A stretch of DNA of 24,000 bases from Klebsiella phage HMGUkp5, in the sequence record PV683293.1; one strand, 5' to 3'. The position numbers and the translations under genes are program-made. The notes beneath the pieces are model-generated. The model did no database searches, was not told the origin of the DNA, and saw only the letters and a list, made by a program, of their open reading frames with translations. This document shows, in pieces, positions 22,497 to 24,000 of this stretch (its first letter is position 1; each line of letters opens with the position of its first letter).

Positions 22497-23331
22497 TAAC
22501 GGACATCTGGGCGTGAAATATGAGACGCCGTTGTTCTACCAGAACGATTTCCCTCTGTTCATTGAGTTCATGGATACGTTCTTCAATTGGCTGTACCGCC
22601 AAAATGGTTTCACTGAAGAAGAAATCCTTGCTTACCTGGCAGACACCAGTTGGCTGAATCCGGATAGTGACGCCAGCCCGCTGATGCAGCTGGTAGACCT
22701 GAAGATACAGAAGACGCCCGGTACTGCTGCGCGTGATATGCTCCTTGACAAATATTTGGTCAGGACATTTGAGCAAATGATGGCGCTTGATACTGAAGAA
22801 TTGTTGGATTCTGATGGGCGTCCTCTATTTTCACCTGAAGACAAGAATTCAAGTATTGACGCCTGGTATAAAGAATTCGGGTTTCAAAGAACGGTTGACA
22901 AATCTTTCCCTGAATTTGGGTTCTTTGTACCAGAAGGGTCTGATGGCCTTGTTACAGCGGATGGCAACCAGTTCTCGGTTTATATCGAGGGTACGCGCCG
23001 CCGGACATTAGACCATACCCGCTGGCTGAAATTGTTGAAGCATATCTATAAAATACGGGGAACACAGAAAGCAATAGAATTGTTCTTCTGGATTTATTTC
23101 GGTGTTCCTGTTACTGTGTATTATCCAAAAGAAGATTTGGCTGGTTTGGATGCTAACTTTGATTGTGATGGTGAAGTTGGTCTCCGTGATGATTACTACT
23201 ATGACGAATACACATATGTCATAAGAATACCTGGCGACGTCGCAGATTTCGAAGGTGTATTCGATCGCGTGTTCCGTCAACACTTCCATCCATCTGGTTT
23301 CAAAGTATTCCTCGAAAGCACTAGGAGTTAA
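22480..23331 (+). CDS. baseplate / tail protein
   Basis: 283 aa, overlapping the gp6-like gene end; KHIYKIRGTQKAIELFFWIYFG motif typical of tail-assembly proteins. Confidence 0.6.
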   Translation: MSKDLNNGHLGVKYETPLFYQNDFPLFIEFMDTFFNWLYRQNGFTEEEILAYLADTSWLNPDSDASPLMQLVDLKIQKTPGTAARDMLLDKYLVRTFEQMMALDTEELLDSDGRPLFSPEDKNSSIDAWYKEFGFQRTVDKSFPEFGFFVPEGSDGLVTADGNQFSVYIEGTRRRTLDHTRWLKLLKHIYKIRGTQKAIELFFWIYFGVPVTVYYPKEDLAGLDANFDCDGEVGLRDDYYYDEYTYVIRIPGDVADFEGVFDRVFRQHFHPSGFKVFLESTRS

Positions 23332-23335
23332 GAAA

Positions 23336-24000
23336 ATGGCTGATTATCTGAGCAAATATACAGGCCAGCAGATAGATAATATTCTAGATGCGGTCGATGG
23401 AAAACTGAACAAAACTGATGTCGTGAATGATATCACAGTAGATGACGACCTGTCCCCGGCGTCAGCACATCTTACGTTCGTCTTGAAATCTGCTATCGAT
23501 ACAATGAACGATGTTTTGTCCAACAAAGTCGTTCGGACCGATGGGCAAGAACAAATAATAAATGGGAAAAAGACTTTTGCGTCTGTGGTGAATGCAAATG
23601 GTGGCATCGTAGTCCCAGCCCAACGCTCTATAACGATCACGGATGAACCTGCGGCCAACACGGATGCGGTGAACCTCAGCATGTTGAAAAAACATGGTCT
23701 GAGCACTGTGGACTCCGTTGGTTCTGGTTCTGGTCTGAAGATTTCGTTGCTTTCCAATGGTTACAACAAATTGGAAGTCGATCTCTCCAATCTTGTCGTG
23801 AGGACAGACACAACGCTCCCTCAATCGCTGGCGGTGTATTCACCAACAGGTGGGTCACAAATATGGTCTATGACAAGTCTGTTTAACGGTATATTCGCTG
23901 ACACTCGTTTCAACGATTACGTGAAGGTCGTGGATTATGATTCAGATATGCTGAACATTGAAACGCAATTCACCAGTGTCAACAACCGTATAAACCTGAA
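23336..24000 (+). CDS. tail fiber / baseplate-associated protein, partial
   Basis: ATG at 23336, MADYLSKYTGQQIDNILDAVDGKLNK..., runs off window end. Confidence 0.65.
   Translation, partial: MADYLSKYTGQQIDNILDAVDGKLNKTDVVNDITVDDDLSPASAHLTFVLKSAIDTMNDVLSNKVVRTDGQEQIINGKKTFASVVNANGGIVVPAQRSITITDEPAANTDAVNLSMLKKHGLSTVDSVGSGSGLKISLLSNGYNKLEVDLSNLVVRTDTTLPQSLAVYSPTGGSQIWSMTSLFNGIFADTRFNDYVKVVDYDSDMLNIETQFTSVNNRINL

Overview
This window is part of a large tailed-phage (T4-like myovirus) genome. The left arm is mostly minus-strand genes: a LemA-like protein and a membrane protein, a likely thymidine-hypermodification cassette (amino-acid:DNA-transferase-like protein plus P-loop 5-hmdU-DNA-kinase-like protein), a HAD nucleotidase-like protein, a family-B DNA polymerase, and a PLP-dependent enzyme. 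The right arm is plus-strand baseplate and tail genes (T4 gp6-like, a second baseplate/tail protein, the start of a fiber-like protein). Between them, about 14.9-19.6 kb, lies a minus-strand region almost empty of proteins. It holds four canonical tRNAs (Gln-TTG, Asn-GTT, Ser-TGA, Met-CAT) and one HNH/AP2 endonuclease gene. It also holds many tandem elements with tRNA-like or hairpin-closed ends that are not canonical tRNAs. Several end in CCA, two have a canonical T-arm and a 7-bp acceptor stem but are ~145-150 nt long, and others are closed by perfect or near-perfect 11-21 bp helices. I regard this array of structured small RNAs, some tRNA-derived or tRNA-mimicking, as the best candidate for an undescribed system. 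All RNA structures were found by eye; no covariance search or folding was run.
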